From Callorhinchus milii (Eukaryota), in NCBI RefSeq assembly GCF_018977255.1, contig NW_024704743.1:44146001-44210000 (forward strand): DNA of 64,000 bases. The letters run 5' to 3'. Positions 50,325 through 63,650 of the stretch are shown one piece after another. Position numbers and translations under genes: made by a program. Position 1 is the stretch's first letter; every line of letters starts with the position of its first letter. The notes beneath the pieces were generated by a model. The model saw only the letters and a program-made list of their open reading frames with translations. It was not told the origin of the DNA and made no database searches.

Positions 50325-50580
50325 TAACAACAACAACAACTTAGATTTATTAGCGCCCTCCACGCCGGATGGCGTCTCAGAGCGCTTTACAGTAATGGAT
50401 CCCGGCCCTGACCCAGGGGATGGGGGGGAAGGTGACCAAAGGCACGGTCGAAGAGAAAGGTCTTCAGCAGAGACCTGAAAATAGGAAGAGAGGGAGCGAG
50501 ATGAAGGGAGTGGGGAAGGGAGTTCCAGAGCGTCCGGGCATAGTGGCTGAAGGCACGGCCACCGAGGGTGGAGCGGAGGA
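50325..50580 (-). mobile_element. L2 3' fragment
   Basis: (AAC)n tail, followed by gcacggtcgaagagaaaggtcttcag (FKxxLKTFLF in antisense). Confidence 0.8.
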
Positions 50581-51606
50581 TTAGCTACATTCAGTGTCCA
50601 GAATTTAGCAAATTGTTAAATACTGTTTTAATTTGAAACTACAGAAAAGGGCTGCCGCTTTTGCCCACAAATATACAGTCAATTCACTTTACAGTGTGTT
50701 CTGTGAAGCGCTTTGGGACTTCCTCCCGACGTCCTTTTCACGAAAAGCGCTATATCAAATGAAAGGATTATTATTATTATTAAAACTTAAAAGTTAAGAC
50801 ATTTAAAAAAAATTCTGGATACTCTGAAATGTTGCCTAAAGAGTACATCTATACTTTGATGGAAATTCTCCCCATAGATTTACTAATATACAAGGGCTCA
50901 GAATAACTAGCAAAGCACAACAGCACTTTACTCAGTGAACTGCCAAGTGTGGTGCAGTCTTTCAGTTTAAAGCATTGTTACAGTGCTTTTGACTTAAATA
51001 ATTAGTATTTTACTAGCAGGTGTCAAATCGTTAAATTGGTAACCCGTTACAATAATTTTCGTAAAATAATTGATGGTTTGTACAGTGATATCCAGAAGGT
51101 AACGTCTATTTGTGTAGGATTTACTTTGACTGGATCTGCTAAAATTGTTGTGACGTTAATTTTGAAGATTAAATCTACAACTGGAAATGGTGCAGAATAT
51201 GTTTGACTAGGCGGTATCTTTGTGTGACTAATGCCAACTAAATGTTTGTCAGTTGAGTTGATAGCATGCAGTAGCTACTGCCCATAAAATCCAACCAGAG
51301 GTATAATGGGGCACAATCACCAGTCAGGTCAGCAATTATGCAATCCCTGCACATGTGTGCAGAAAGCAGTTGGCTTCCTGCGCTAATGAATAGTGGATTG
51401 AATCATCAAATTGCTGCTGATGTTACCTTCTGGATATTGGAAGTGACGCTGGCAGAGATCTGATAACCTAGAAGTTGCCCATTGTTTTGTGCAAGAGAAG
51501 CCAGCTGGCATTTTTTAAGTGACCTGAATGTCTCTCTGTGCATATCTTGGATTTATTTGGTAAGTAAACATTGGGGTCCACAATTATATAAGAAGCAGAA
51601 GAATAA

Positions 51607-52132
51607 CTGGACAATTTGTAAACGCTATGATATTGACATTAAAAAAAACAATTGGTATGAACACCACTAGCAAAAGTGACATCAAAAGCTAATCTGCTTA
51701 CGGATAAAACAGTATTCTATAATAAAACAGGTATTATCATTAAAAAAAACAACTAGATTGTAAATGCAGTATCATTGATGTGGTCTTTCCAAGTGACTAC
51801 AATGAAAATAAGGAAGTATGTTGACCTGCAAATTGAATGCGGACGCATGCGGCAGCACAAACATTGTTCCTATAATCATTGGTGCAAGTGGGACTGTTAA
51901 TAAGACAATTCAAAAATGGCTTGATAAGAAACCTGGTGCACAAAATGTCCACCTCTTGCAGAAAGTAGTTATGTTGGGAAGTTCAAATATACTAAGAAAA
52001 GTATCATCTATTAAAGTGCAACACGGCAGTGTTATTGGTCTGGCCGACCCATTACTGAAAACTACTCAGAAACTACCCCTACAGAGTGATTTAAACTGTA
52101 ATAACAATCACAATACTATTATTAATAATAAT
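51607..52132 (+). mobile_element. R4/Dong(Rex6)-like non-LTR retrotransposon 3' fossil (restriction-like endonuclease domain)
   Basis: Ordered motifs WTICKRY...WYEHH, TDKTVFYNKTGIII, IIDVVFPSDYN, KYVDLQIE and IVPIIIGASG...LLQKVVMLGSSNILRKV, followed by an (AAT)n-like tail. Confidence 0.75.
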
Positions 52133-54149
52133 GCTGATCATTCTTGCAATTGGTATAGCATATTTCACATTGGGCTTATATCCTAAAGCACTTCAGAAGA
52201 TTTACTGTAAAGTGAAGTGATGATTTTGTGACAGGTTATAAAGGGTTCCACTTCAACTTGCAGTTACCCTCCCCTTCAAATTTGAAACCCTTCGAAAAGC
52301 CTACTTCTTTGACTGGGATTGGCTGAGGTGCCGTCCTTCAGATGATATGTTAAACTGAGGACCCATCTGCCTGTTCAGGCGAATGTTGAAGACCCCCTGG
52401 CACTATTCAAAAAGAGAAGGAAGTTTCTCCTAGTGCCAAGGCCAACAATTCCCCAAATAAATTTGGTCATTCACTGGATGCTTATGGGACAATATTGTGT
52501 GCAATATGGTTGGGTTCTCCCACAAAACACACAGTCACTGCACTTTACAGTGTATCCTGTGAAGCACATTGGGACATTCTCCTGATATGAAAGAACGTAT
52601 ACCAAATGTAAGGTTATTGTTTAATCCTAATAATAATATCAATTTAATAATTGGGGGATTTCACCAGTGTGTTTGTATAACATCAGAACCAATGTATGAT
52701 ATCAGTAATTAATTAAACCTAGTCATACTTTTATATAGAAAAAACTATCCATTCTAACAACACCTTTGACTCGTAAATTGATTATGTTGAACACTAGCTT
52801 CTGCAAAACATTTTTTTTTTTAAAGTTTTTTTTTGTGTGGCTTCATATTGAATGTGAAGAAACTCGCAGTGCTATAGAAATGAACCTTAGTTTAATTGCT
52901 GAACCTCTGACAATTGTTTGACATGACTTTGTAGCTGAATTTCAATAGCTTTAGAATTCGCACTTATATACAAAGTATATTTATTTAATTAAGAGTGAAT
53001 TACAAATTTTAAAAAAAAGTACAGTTCCGTGATATTTATTCTCACTTTTCTTCCTCATTATGTTTAAGTTTCTTTCCAGAATCAAAGTACAATTGCACAG
53101 GTTGCCTTCCTATATTTTGCCCAAATGGCTATTATTTGGGTCCCAAGATTGCTGTTAGAGGTCTGCATGTTTGTTTGCACATTGGTTGACCCCCTCACCC
53201 CCACTATGGTCAATTAGTCTGTTAACTATCAAGCATGCACACAAATAATGTCAAGGAACTGTACATTTCATAAAAAGTGAAATTCACACTTCAGGATATA
53301 TTAATGGCACTTACAATACTGTGAACAATACTGTTGAAATGCCGCTACTGTTTGCTGAACGTGTTTTAAAATGCATTCTTGAAATCTGACTAACGAAACC
53401 GATTACTACTGAAGTAGACACTTAATGAAAGGGAAAAATGGTACCTGCACACTTAATTTATATGAATGTAAAATGGAACGCTACCATACAGTTTTTTCAT
53501 TGGCAAGGCTTAGGAATTTGTTTACAAACGATCTTTTGTTTCGAGGTTTAAAATTACATCTTGTAAGCATTTCAAAAGATACCAAAAAGTTGACGAAGTA
53601 ATTTGTTACAATTCCCTGTATATTGCAAGTGTAGCAGAGTAACCTGCCTTAACTTATGGCATGCACTGCAGTAACTATATCAATTGAAAATGCTTTGGAG
53701 AGCTTTCCAAATGGCTTTGTGGGAAAAGGCACAGTTCTACTACACTCCACAGATCAGAAGCTTGCACTTGTTTGATCTCTGTCAGGGCTGTGGTTTTGGG
53801 GTGCTATAATTGGTCTCAAGAACAGGGGAAAATTACCAAAGATGACTGCTCCTGAACACTGTTCAGAGAGATCTCTGATAGATCTGTATGGGTAGACACT
53901 GGATGGGAACGGGATTGTAACCATGTGTGATTTTAACCTTATCCGCCCACCAACCATGGAAAAATGCTCACCTGCTCTCAATCACAGTCAATACTGACAC
54001 ACAAACAATGGCCATTTTGAGTAAGCTACAGAGGATAACCAGCACCTCTGCAACTCCCCAGTTTTTTGGGAAAAAAGGCAGCCATTTTTTGAGCCTTGGG
54101 GTGAAACATTGGGCAGGAGGGTTAACTTCCACATTTGCCATCTTAAATT

Positions 54150-54460
54150 CGTATTGCGCCTTTCACATCGGGAGGATGTCCCAAGGTGCTGGACAGTTAG
54201 GGATTTGGAAAATTTCACGCCCCTCCCTGCCAGCCTCACCATCGGTAGTCGGGCCTTTAGCCTTTCTGCCCCACTCTCTGGAACTCAATCCTGGAGTCCC
54301 TTCACCTCGCCTCCTTCAAGATCCATCTCAAGACCTTCCTCTTTGACTGAGTCTTCAGTCACCTTACCCCCAGCTTGGGTGCAAACCCTCAACTGTCCAG
54401 GACCTTGAAATGTCTTCCCAACATGAAAGACTCTCTATAAATGCAATTTGTTGTTGTTGA
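54150..54460 (+). mobile_element. L2 3' fragment, preceded by an opposite-strand L2 tail
   Basis: IGSRAFSLSAP...FK.HLKTFLF and a tail. Confidence 0.75.
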
Positions 54461-55474
54461 GGAGAGAGAGCAAACACCTTGAGGGGAGAGAATTAGAAAC
54501 GTTTTAAAAACTAAATGTTGTGCTGTATATAAAATGAAGATTGATGTGAATAATAATAATAATAATCCTTGAATGTGATATTGCACCTTTCATGGGTTGA
54601 CAAGTGTGGTGACTACGGTTTCTAGGCAAATACTGCGAGGTGCACACAGTTCAATGTTTTTTGTTATTGTAGTACATTCCAAGAAGCTGTCCGGCATGAA
54701 GGATGCTATATAAAGGAAAGTTTTTGTTGTAGTAGTAGTACACCAGTGGAAAAGTAATGTTTTTTGGCATTAACAGCTCTGATATTCCTTCATTCTACAT
54801 TGAGTAAAATAGCATTGAAACAAGCAATTCGGGCTTACTAGTCTGCTTCTATTTGATGACAATCTGAATTAGTTGTACTTTATTTTACAAATGAAGACAT
54901 TTGTAGAAAGAAAATCAGATTGCTGTAGCTCAAGAAAATTTATTTCTGGAACAACTGTATTTATTAAATAATTCTGGTGAAAATTAAACACAAACTTTCC
55001 TGTGATAAATGAAGAAACTGCAATACAAACTTTGTAAGAATAATGGTATTTTCAAACTACAACAAATTCCTGATATATCGTCACTCCGAGGAAAAGAAGC
55101 TCAGTGACTATATCCAGGATGACTAAGTAGGCATGAGTCCTCCGGGGCCACGAAAGGGCGCTGTGGCCGTGAGCACCTACACAAACACACACTGCACCTG
55201 CGCAGTGCGGGAAAGTGGGCCGACCCCATATCTGTCAGTTTATTTGTTAAAACTTATTTACGTTAAGTACAGTATAAGTCTATGTAGAGACAGATGTGGC
55301 TCTAAAAAACATTTTGTTCATTTTGTTCATTTTAACAACTTGAATGACTGAGACTTTTAACATTCAGACAGCACCTCACAGAAGGCAAGGTCTAAAATTT
55401 CTAAGCACAGAGAACTTGTCAAAACAGCCTACCAAGTAGTTGGCTGAGGGCGAGAGAGAAATTTTCCTATGATA

Positions 55475-55910
55475 CCCGCCCGACTCCATTGGCTCCCTAT
55501 CCTTCAGAGGATTCAGTTCAAGATCCTACAAAGCCCTCCATGGCCTCGCCCCACCCTACCCCTGTGACCTTCTAACCCCCTACCAACCCGCCCGTTCCCT
55601 CCGCTCAGCCGGCTCTGGCCTGCTCCGAGTCCCCCAACCCACCCGCCCCACCATTGGCAGGACAGCCTTCAGCCACTCTGCCCCCAACCTCAGGAATTCC
55701 ATCCCCCAATCAGTCCGCCTCGCCCCCTCCTTAGCCTCCTTCAAGTCCCGCCTCAAGACCCTCCTCTTCGACCATGCCATCGGCCACTTCCCCTCCCCTC
55801 CCTTCTTCCCCCTGACCCCGGCTCGGGTCTGAAGTGCTGTACACTGTCCAGTGCCTTAGGACGTCCTCCCGACGTGAAAGGCGCTATACAAATGTAATCT
55901 TGTTGTTGTT
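55475..55910 (+). mobile_element. L2 3' fragment
   Basis: ctccattggctccct...ttcaagtcccgcctcaagaccctcctcttc, and the tail gacgtgaaaggcgctatacaaatgtaatcttgttgttg. Confidence 0.9.
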
Positions 55911-56719
55911 CATCGCTCGAGTTCATTGAGCAGCCCGGCAACATCGCGAGAGTTCGCTGAGTGACCTCAGCGCACGGTGTGGCTGGCTGAGTTTGATCTG
56001 GTGATATATCTGATATTTTACTAACTTGGATGTATGGAACTTGATATGTGACTTTATATGTTATAAGTGAGTAATGAAATATTTATTCACATTTTGCATG
56101 GGAAGCAGATGGGATATTGGCAGCATGATGATGTAAACCATCTGATGATGTAAGAGAGGTTCACTATAGTATCATTGATATATCTTTAATGTACACTAAC
56201 TTTTTTTAATAATTTGGTTGACAATCTAATCAAACTTCATAGGTAATGAAAATGTAATGGTCTGATTAGCTAGCCAGAGGGCACTAATACCTGGTGGAAT
56301 GTTCATTGCTAAAAAAAAGTTTGAATTTCAAAGGCGTAATCTCTACCCTCGGCAGACTGCAAGGTAATTAAACACTGCCATTACCTTGAGTTTCATTTAG
56401 ATTTCTACCTCCCTCCCAGGCTAGAACCTATCTGACCCATATTACAGTTTACATGTTCATTAAGAATCATATGTTCAAGAGGTCTTTAGCTTTATTATAT
56501 GGTTGTAATAAATGCCACCTTTTAGATTCAAAATATGCAATGGGAACAAGGTTATGGGAAAAGAGCAAGTAAATGGGACTGAGAGGATTGCTCTTTAAAA
56601 GACACACAATTGACTGGCCGAATAGCCTTCTTTTGTGCTGTAAATTTCAGGGGTTTGATGGAGTTGTTTTACTTATCTAAATATTTAGAATTTGACATTA
56701 TCACATTACTAGCAAAACA

Positions 56720-57670
56720 TTTACAATCTACATCAATGATCTAGATGAGGACATTGAACTTAATATATCCAAATTCACGGATGACACTAGGAGGGAGAGT
56801 AAACACCGAGGATGACATTAAAAAAAAATGCAACGAGATATAGATAGGCTAGGTGAGTGGGCAAATAGGTGTGAGGTCATCCACCTAGGTGGCAAAAACA
56901 GTAGAGCAGATTATTTTTTAGAAGGGGAGAGACTAGATAGTGTTAGCATTCATAGGGACTTGGGTGTCCTTGTACACCGGTCACAAGAAGTTAGTTTGCA
57001 GGTACAGCAAGGAAGGCTAACGGTATGTTGGCATCTGTTACAAAAGGGTTAGAATATAAGAGTAGGGAAGTCTTGCTGCAACTGTATAGGGCCTTGGTGA
57101 GACCGCACCTAGAGTATTGTGTGCAGTTTTGGTCTCCTTATTTAAGAAAGGATGTACTCACCTTGGAGGGGTACAACGTAGATTCATTAAGTTGGTACCT
57201 GGGATGAGGGGGATGAGTTATGAGGATAGGTTGAGCAATTTAGGCCTATATTCTCTAGAATATAGAAGAATGAGAGGTGATTTTATAGAAACCTGTAAGA
57301 TTATAAAGGGGCACGACAGAATAGATAGTGGGAGACTTTTTCCCCTGGTTGGAGAAACTATAACCAGGGATCACAGTCTTAAAATTTGGGGTAAGCCCTT
57401 TCATACTGAGTTGAGGAAAAACTTCTTCACTTAGAGGATAGTGAATTTATGGAATTCTCTACCCCAAAGGGCTGCAGATGCTCAGTCCTTGAACATATTC
57501 AAGACTGAGATTGATAGATTTCTTGTGGATAAAGGGATTAAGGGATATGAGGATAAGGTGGGTAGGTGGAGTTAGAATAGATCAACCATGGTCTTATTGA
57601 ATGGCTGGGCAGGCTCGAGGGGCCGAATGGCCTACTCCTGGTCCTAATTCTTATGTTCTTATGTTCTATG
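56720..57670 (+). mobile_element. CR1 LINE 3' fragment
   Basis: LYRALVRPHLEYCVQFWSP and LYSLEYRRMRGDFIET; ends in (TTCTTATG)n. Confidence 0.95.
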
Positions 57671-58454
57671 CTGTTGAAGCTCCTATTGATATATACTGCA
57701 GGGCAACTCTACAGAGGCTATAACCACTTTAAAACGATTCTTTATACAGAAACTTGTTTCCTACAAAATGCAAAGTCACTACACTCTACAGTCAATCCTG
57801 TGAAGTGCCTTGAGATGTTTTGAAGACATTATACGGTGATATGTTAAACGCAAGAATTATAATTGTTATTGTGCACATATGTTTCCTTCGGATGAGATCT
57901 TACATCAAGGTCACGTTAGCCTGTTCTGGTGGACATTAAAGATCCCATGGCAGTATTCAAAAAGAGCAGGGAGTTTCTCCCAGTGATCTGGCCATCAATC
58001 CCCCAAATAAAATCGTCATTAATTTCATGGCTTTTTGTGGGATAAATGTTGGAGACCAGTCATTACAATTCTTACTTTGTGCAGATGAATATTTCATTGA
58101 TTTTCTGATATCCGGTGTGGAAATCTGTATTAGTTGTCTTTGGAATTTGCATGAAACATGGGATTGGGCAGAAGGGTTTTTGAGCTACAGGAGTTGTTTT
58201 TGTGTTTCAAAATATTCAGGATAAGGATTTTTCTTATAGGTCTAAGTCATTACAACATAGACTTCAGTTCTGTCAATTGTGTATGACTCCACTTTTATCC
58301 TTAAAAGAGAGAGAGATCTGAAAAGTGGATGTGGCCGCTACCAATGAGGTAATGTTGGGGCACGTTCCCATTTTACCAGTTTGACACTGATAGTTGCTTT
58401 ACAGTAGTGTAGCCTGCGTTATACGGCTAATTCTGTCCAATGAATGATGTTATT

Positions 58455-59030
58455 TTTATTGTAGCACCTTTCACGTCGGGAAGATGTCTAGTAGCGCTTC
58501 ATGTAACTTGACTGGTAGCCTGAGGCTGGGAAGGGAGCTGGGGTGGCAGGTGGCTGAAAGCGCGATCAAAGAGATATGACTTGAGGCTGGTTTTGAAGGC
58601 GGGGAGCGAAAGGACAAGGTAGAAGGACTCTGGGATGGGGTTCCAGAGTAATAATAATAATAATTCTTGCATTTGATATAGCGCTTTTCACGTCGGGAGG
58701 ATGTCCCAAAGCGCTCCACAAAACGCACTGTAAAGTGAATTGACTGTATATTTGTGGGCGAACGCGACAGCCAATTGTGCACAGCAATGTCCCACAAACA
58801 GTCGTAAATTGAAAATGACCAATTTATTATTGTTTTGGTTTTGGAGGGATTATTATTAGGCGTGTGGAGTAAGGAAACTTGCCCAAGGTTTCGCCCTGCC
58901 TGGAATTGAACCCAAGTCTCTCGCGTGCAAAGCGAGTGCTCTAACCACTGAGCTACAGGACTCCACGTACAGGGGGTAGAACGTCTGAAAGCTTGCTCAC
59001 TGATGGTGGGGCCGAACAGGCGGTAGATAT
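58455..59030 (-). mobile_element. Old L2 3' fragment split by a full-length SINE
   Basis: L2 sequence ttccagag|...tacagggg continues across the SINE at 58650-58964. Confidence 0.75.
58650..58964 (-). mobile_element. Full-length SINE, same family
   Basis: Near-identical reverse complement of 36749-37071. Confidence 0.93.
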
Positions 59031-60289
59031 AGTAAAACTCACATAAGTCATATCAGTTGGAACTATAACGTTTAATATAACTTATGGCAACTTTACCATA
59101 AAGTTTTAGAAACATCTCGTACACATTTTGGTTCAGGTGAATGTTTGCAAATTTTTTAAATGTGAGATTTGATAAATATTCAAAATCATCTTTCTTCATC
59201 GTGTCATTTTTGTCAGTATTTTAAAGTTATAATGCATTTGTGCTTCTTTTAATAATGTCTGCAAAACTGAAGCTGAAGAGTTGCAAGATTAAAGATGTTT
59301 AATTGTTCTTCAGGCTAGTTGTTCTTAATATTTTATTCTTCACATGAAGTCTTTCAGGTACAAATCCTTTCTTTTGATTGTCAATATAGGCTGCAACAGA
59401 TGGTTCACTGCAGTAAACAGAAATTACACATAATATCTGCCTGAAAAAGCATTTTGATTTAAAATTTAAGATTGTACAGAATTGTAAAAATTCTTAAATT
59501 CAATTTAAATTTGGATTCCAATTTTCTGATTTCTCTTTGTTCTGATTATATTAGGACCTCTTGTAAATTGAACATTCTAGTGGTAGTCTTTTGTCACCTA
59601 CTGCTATTTAGCATCAGTAATTCCCTCAAGCACTATCTAGGATTGTTCTGGTCTGATGATGGCAACTACTTTTGATGTGATGAATGCACAACTCTTCATG
59701 AAGGTCCTTCAGTTAAAACCCGCTTTCACTATGTGATCCTTGCCTCAGGTAGTAAGATCAATTGAGCAGCTCAATCTGAAGTGGTAGTTACATCATTGAA
59801 ATGTACTTCAGAAGTTAAGATATACTAGCACTTCTTCAACTAATTTGGTGATTGTTAATCCCTGAATGGGTGGGGTACCCACATTTGAAATTGTGCAGGT
59901 CCCCTGTAGGAGAACATACAGCATATCAATTGCTCACTGTTTCAATTAACAGAGGGCTACCAATTTTAGGATGTAATACTGCTTACCTATGATGTCTAAA
60001 CCATGGGTTGATGTTCACAATAAGGTATTTTGTTGGGTGAACAATACTGTGGCTGATACTCTCAGGATTTGGGTTTATGCAGTGATGAACCTTTGCAATC
60101 AATTCCTTTGTTTCAGTTCAAGGACCGGGGACAATTAATAAAGAACAACAACTTGTGCTGCTTTTTATGTAGGAATATGTCTCAAAGTATTTAACTGAGA
60201 CTGAATGGGAGCTGAGCAGGGGATACAGGAGGGTTGGAACACTATGAGCTCAACTTCCGATGTGGGTATTGAAACTGTATCCTTCTAAA

Positions 60290-60960
60290 CCAGAGTTAAG
60301 CATGTTACAATTAAATGACACAGATTACCTGGCAGTTGCTCAATACCTTTTAATCATACTTCCCCTTCATTTTCTCTCAGCTTTAAAGTCAAATCCTACA
60401 TCCAGTTCTGCTTGCTGGTAGGCAGTTGAGTAAGGTTGTGTATAAAAGCAGGGTGTTTCTGTTTATGGTGGATAAGCTTCTGACATTAAGGAAACAAGTT
60501 GCAAATCAAGTATATTTAGTGAAATGGAAGACGTTTGTGCAGTATTGTTCCATCAACAAAGGGACTCTCCCTCTTGTGCAGCTCCTTTAGTACTGGAATA
60601 CCTAGAACAACTCTATGACCAATATGTGAAATCAAGTTCTGTTGGAGTTCATTTAGCAGCTATCGCAGTCTTTTGTGACCCTTTCAGTTCATAAGTGAAG
60701 ATCAACTAATATCCCTGTTCATAAAGGCAATAAAGAAAATCAGTCTGGATCCATATGAAGTTTTGAACTGAAACCTTAATCTTGTCTGAATCACAAATTG
60801 ATGCATCTATCATTTGAACACACAACTTCAAAACTGAATGGTCAGTGTTCTGGGAGCAGGGCTTTTGATTTAATGGATCAGTAAGAAATGTACTAACAGT
60901 TTAACAACTTTACTTGATATGGCATCAGATCAAGTTGTTCTTTGGATTCATTGTGTCCCA
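60290..60960 (+). mobile_element. DIRS1-like retrotransposon fossil (tyrosine recombinase N-terminal region)
   Basis: Frameshifted translation MVDKLLTLRKQVANQVYLVKWKTFVQYC / DSPSCAAPLVLEYLEQLYDQYVKSSSVGVHLAAIAVF / DQLISLFIKAIKKI...*NLNLV follows the DIRS1 YR pattern Y..KWK.F..WC, S.I.V.LAAIS.F, LV..FLKG, WDLNLVL in the correct order. Confidence 0.72.
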
Positions 60961-63339
60961 TTTGTATTTTGTCTTAGAAATTGTGATCCTATTATTGTTT
61001 CCTAAACGTGGGAAATCGTCTTTTCAGTATTGTATCGGGGATGAGCGGCAGGCAGGGTTGTGGAGAAAGAAAGTCAAAGATAAAGACTAATTCTTTTACT
61101 TTACATTGAAATATAAAGGGTAAGTAATTGATTTTTTTGTGTTTTTTTATAAAATAGGTGTGCCTTGAATTGCAGTAAATTGCCTTCTCTTCCCTTAAAC
61201 CTTCCATCGGCCTGTTTTATAGATTTGAAGAGGCCCAAAGTTCAAATAAAGGCAACATTAGTGAACACCAATCAGTACTCCTGAAGGCTATGACAAAAAT
61301 CATCTCAATCCATCTTTAGTTTTGAACTGTTTTCTTTGTAACTCCACAATTTTAAAAATTACTGAGGGAATAAAGAATTTGCTGCTATTAACCCACTGCT
61401 GTTTTATTCATAGATTTGTCAACACATAATTCAGTCACTTTACAACTGCCACTTTATTATAATAATAATAATAATACTTTCATTTGGTGTAGCACCTTTC
61501 ATGCCAGGAAGATGTTTCAAAACACTTCGCAAGAGGATATTCTGTAAAGTACAATGACTGCGTATTTGTAGGCAAACTTTAGGAATTAGTTCCATTGGCT
61601 GTCTTGGTATGGAACTCTCCGCAAACTGTTCAATAATACTTTTAAGGGGGGAAATGATTTAATGGTCTTCCTGGTACTGTGCCATTATTTGTTGACCTAA
61701 AATCAGCAGTACATGAAATGCACCATCCTTCTTCAGTTTTAGTTGATTTGTTTCTGTCTCTATGTATCAGATGATTTGCACACATTTTTAATTCTGTTAG
61801 TTTAGCATTAAGCCATAATTGATGATGATTTTTAAATCCCTTGAACTATTAGTATTTAGTTACCAATTTATCTGCCTTATTCAGCCTAACAACAAATTCT
61901 AAACAATGCTATTTGATTTAGATATTTTTTTCACACTATTTTCCAAAATTAACATAGCTTGAATGATTTAAATCAGCTGTTCAATTCACTGTAAACTGGA
62001 GTGTGCTAAAAGCAAGTGTCAGACTGATTTAAAAGAACAATTTCAATTGTCAGTGTGTCACTATGATTTTGGTAAAGTGTGATGATCGGCTTTTGATATT
62101 TTTGTATCACTGCACTGCAGGCTTTATTTTTCACTATCATTACTGGAACACATAATGACAGTAATACAAAAAAATTCAACTACACCTTCTTGAACTATGA
62201 AGATTCAAAGCAGTTACAATTATATACTGTGAACTTTCAAAATTGTCTGCAGCGAGAATTTTGAGCTAGAGTGATGGGTTGGATCACCACCTTTTGACTA
62301 AATGTAATGCAATTTTCTATTGTGTATCTGGGTTAACCTTTATTGTACGTATTGTACAATATATCCAGAGACAATTTATTTATCCAAAATGAGCACCTGA
62401 AACAATGAAATCAAATGGGTTGAATGAGCTTCTTCATTCTAATCTCTTTTATGATCTTGGAAGACAAGTGTCTTTCAATCCCAAAATCTGGGTACTCAAT
62501 TGTTTGGCTTTGCCTCACTTCTACAACACTGCCCCCCCCTCTCCCACTTCCTCTTTCCCTCGGATGCCAAGACCCTAATCCATGCCTTTATCATGTCCAA
62601 GCTTGATAGTGAAATTTGCCCCTGGGATAAATCCTGCATAATTCGTCACTCACTCAATATCCTGGCTATTTCCCATTAGAAATATTAATTATGATCCTCT
62701 GATAACTATTTACCCTGGATATCTGATAACTCATCAGGTTTTTGCACATTTAAGATAATGTTTTCATGTAAAATACCCCTGGTAGCTATCAATGGACAAA
62801 GTAAATCTGCAGTTACAACAAAGAATAAAGAGCACAGATCTACACAATGATTGGATAGCAAACAAAGATTGTTTTGTGGCTGGTCACTTTTGCTATGCAT
62901 TGCTTGCAGTTATCCGTGCAGTTAATGTATGCCGATTACTGTACCAGTATCCTTTATCCATTTCTGTTATTCAATTTCTTTCATTTGTGATAAGCTAAGT
63001 GTCTTAAGGACTTATGTGAGCATTTTGAATTTTAAAAAAACTTTAAATTTAGAAACGTCTTGCCCATGGCAATTTGAGTACCTACACAAGCAATATCTAA
63101 TTTTATATTTATATTAAATATCTTATGCCACAGTATCAAATCAGTGTCTTCACTGTCTAATACAGTATATATGCATATTGCTTAATAAAATATTTATGTA
63201 TCAGTGGCTGTGCTAATTATTAAATAAAGCACTGCTGTAGAGTGGCTCATACACAGTATAACTAATAGCAGTGATACTTTGGATATCTCATCAACTCTGA
63301 TACGTCATCCTTTGAGCTATTTACCTTGGGGTGATGAGT

Positions 63340-63650
63340 TATGAGAGTTTCACTGTATTTCAACCTCCGGTTTGCCAGATATCACTACTTCATAGTCACC
63401 TCCTGATCTGCCCCACTTTTGGCGTGCAAGATTTCAGACATTCTTCGCCTGCTCTTTGAAACTACCTCCCTCCACTTTGCCTCTCCCTCCCCACTTTTAA
63501 AGTTCACTTTAAGACTTACCTCTTTATCCACACTTTCAATTATCTTTCTCCTCCCCAAACCCCCTCTAGCTCAAGTGCCCATTTAGCTGTGTGAAGTGAT
63601 TTGAGACATCTTCCAAATGTGAAAGGTGCTATATAAATATAAACTATTGT
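63340..63650 (+). mobile_element. Old L2 3' fragment
   Basis: tttaaaagttcactttaagacttacctcttt, and the tail gtgaaaggtgctatataaat. Confidence 0.65.

Noticed and set aside
56120..56150. ATGATGA...CTGA resembling snoRNA C/D boxes
   Set aside because: The boxes are only about 10 nt apart and there is no terminal stem or guide region.
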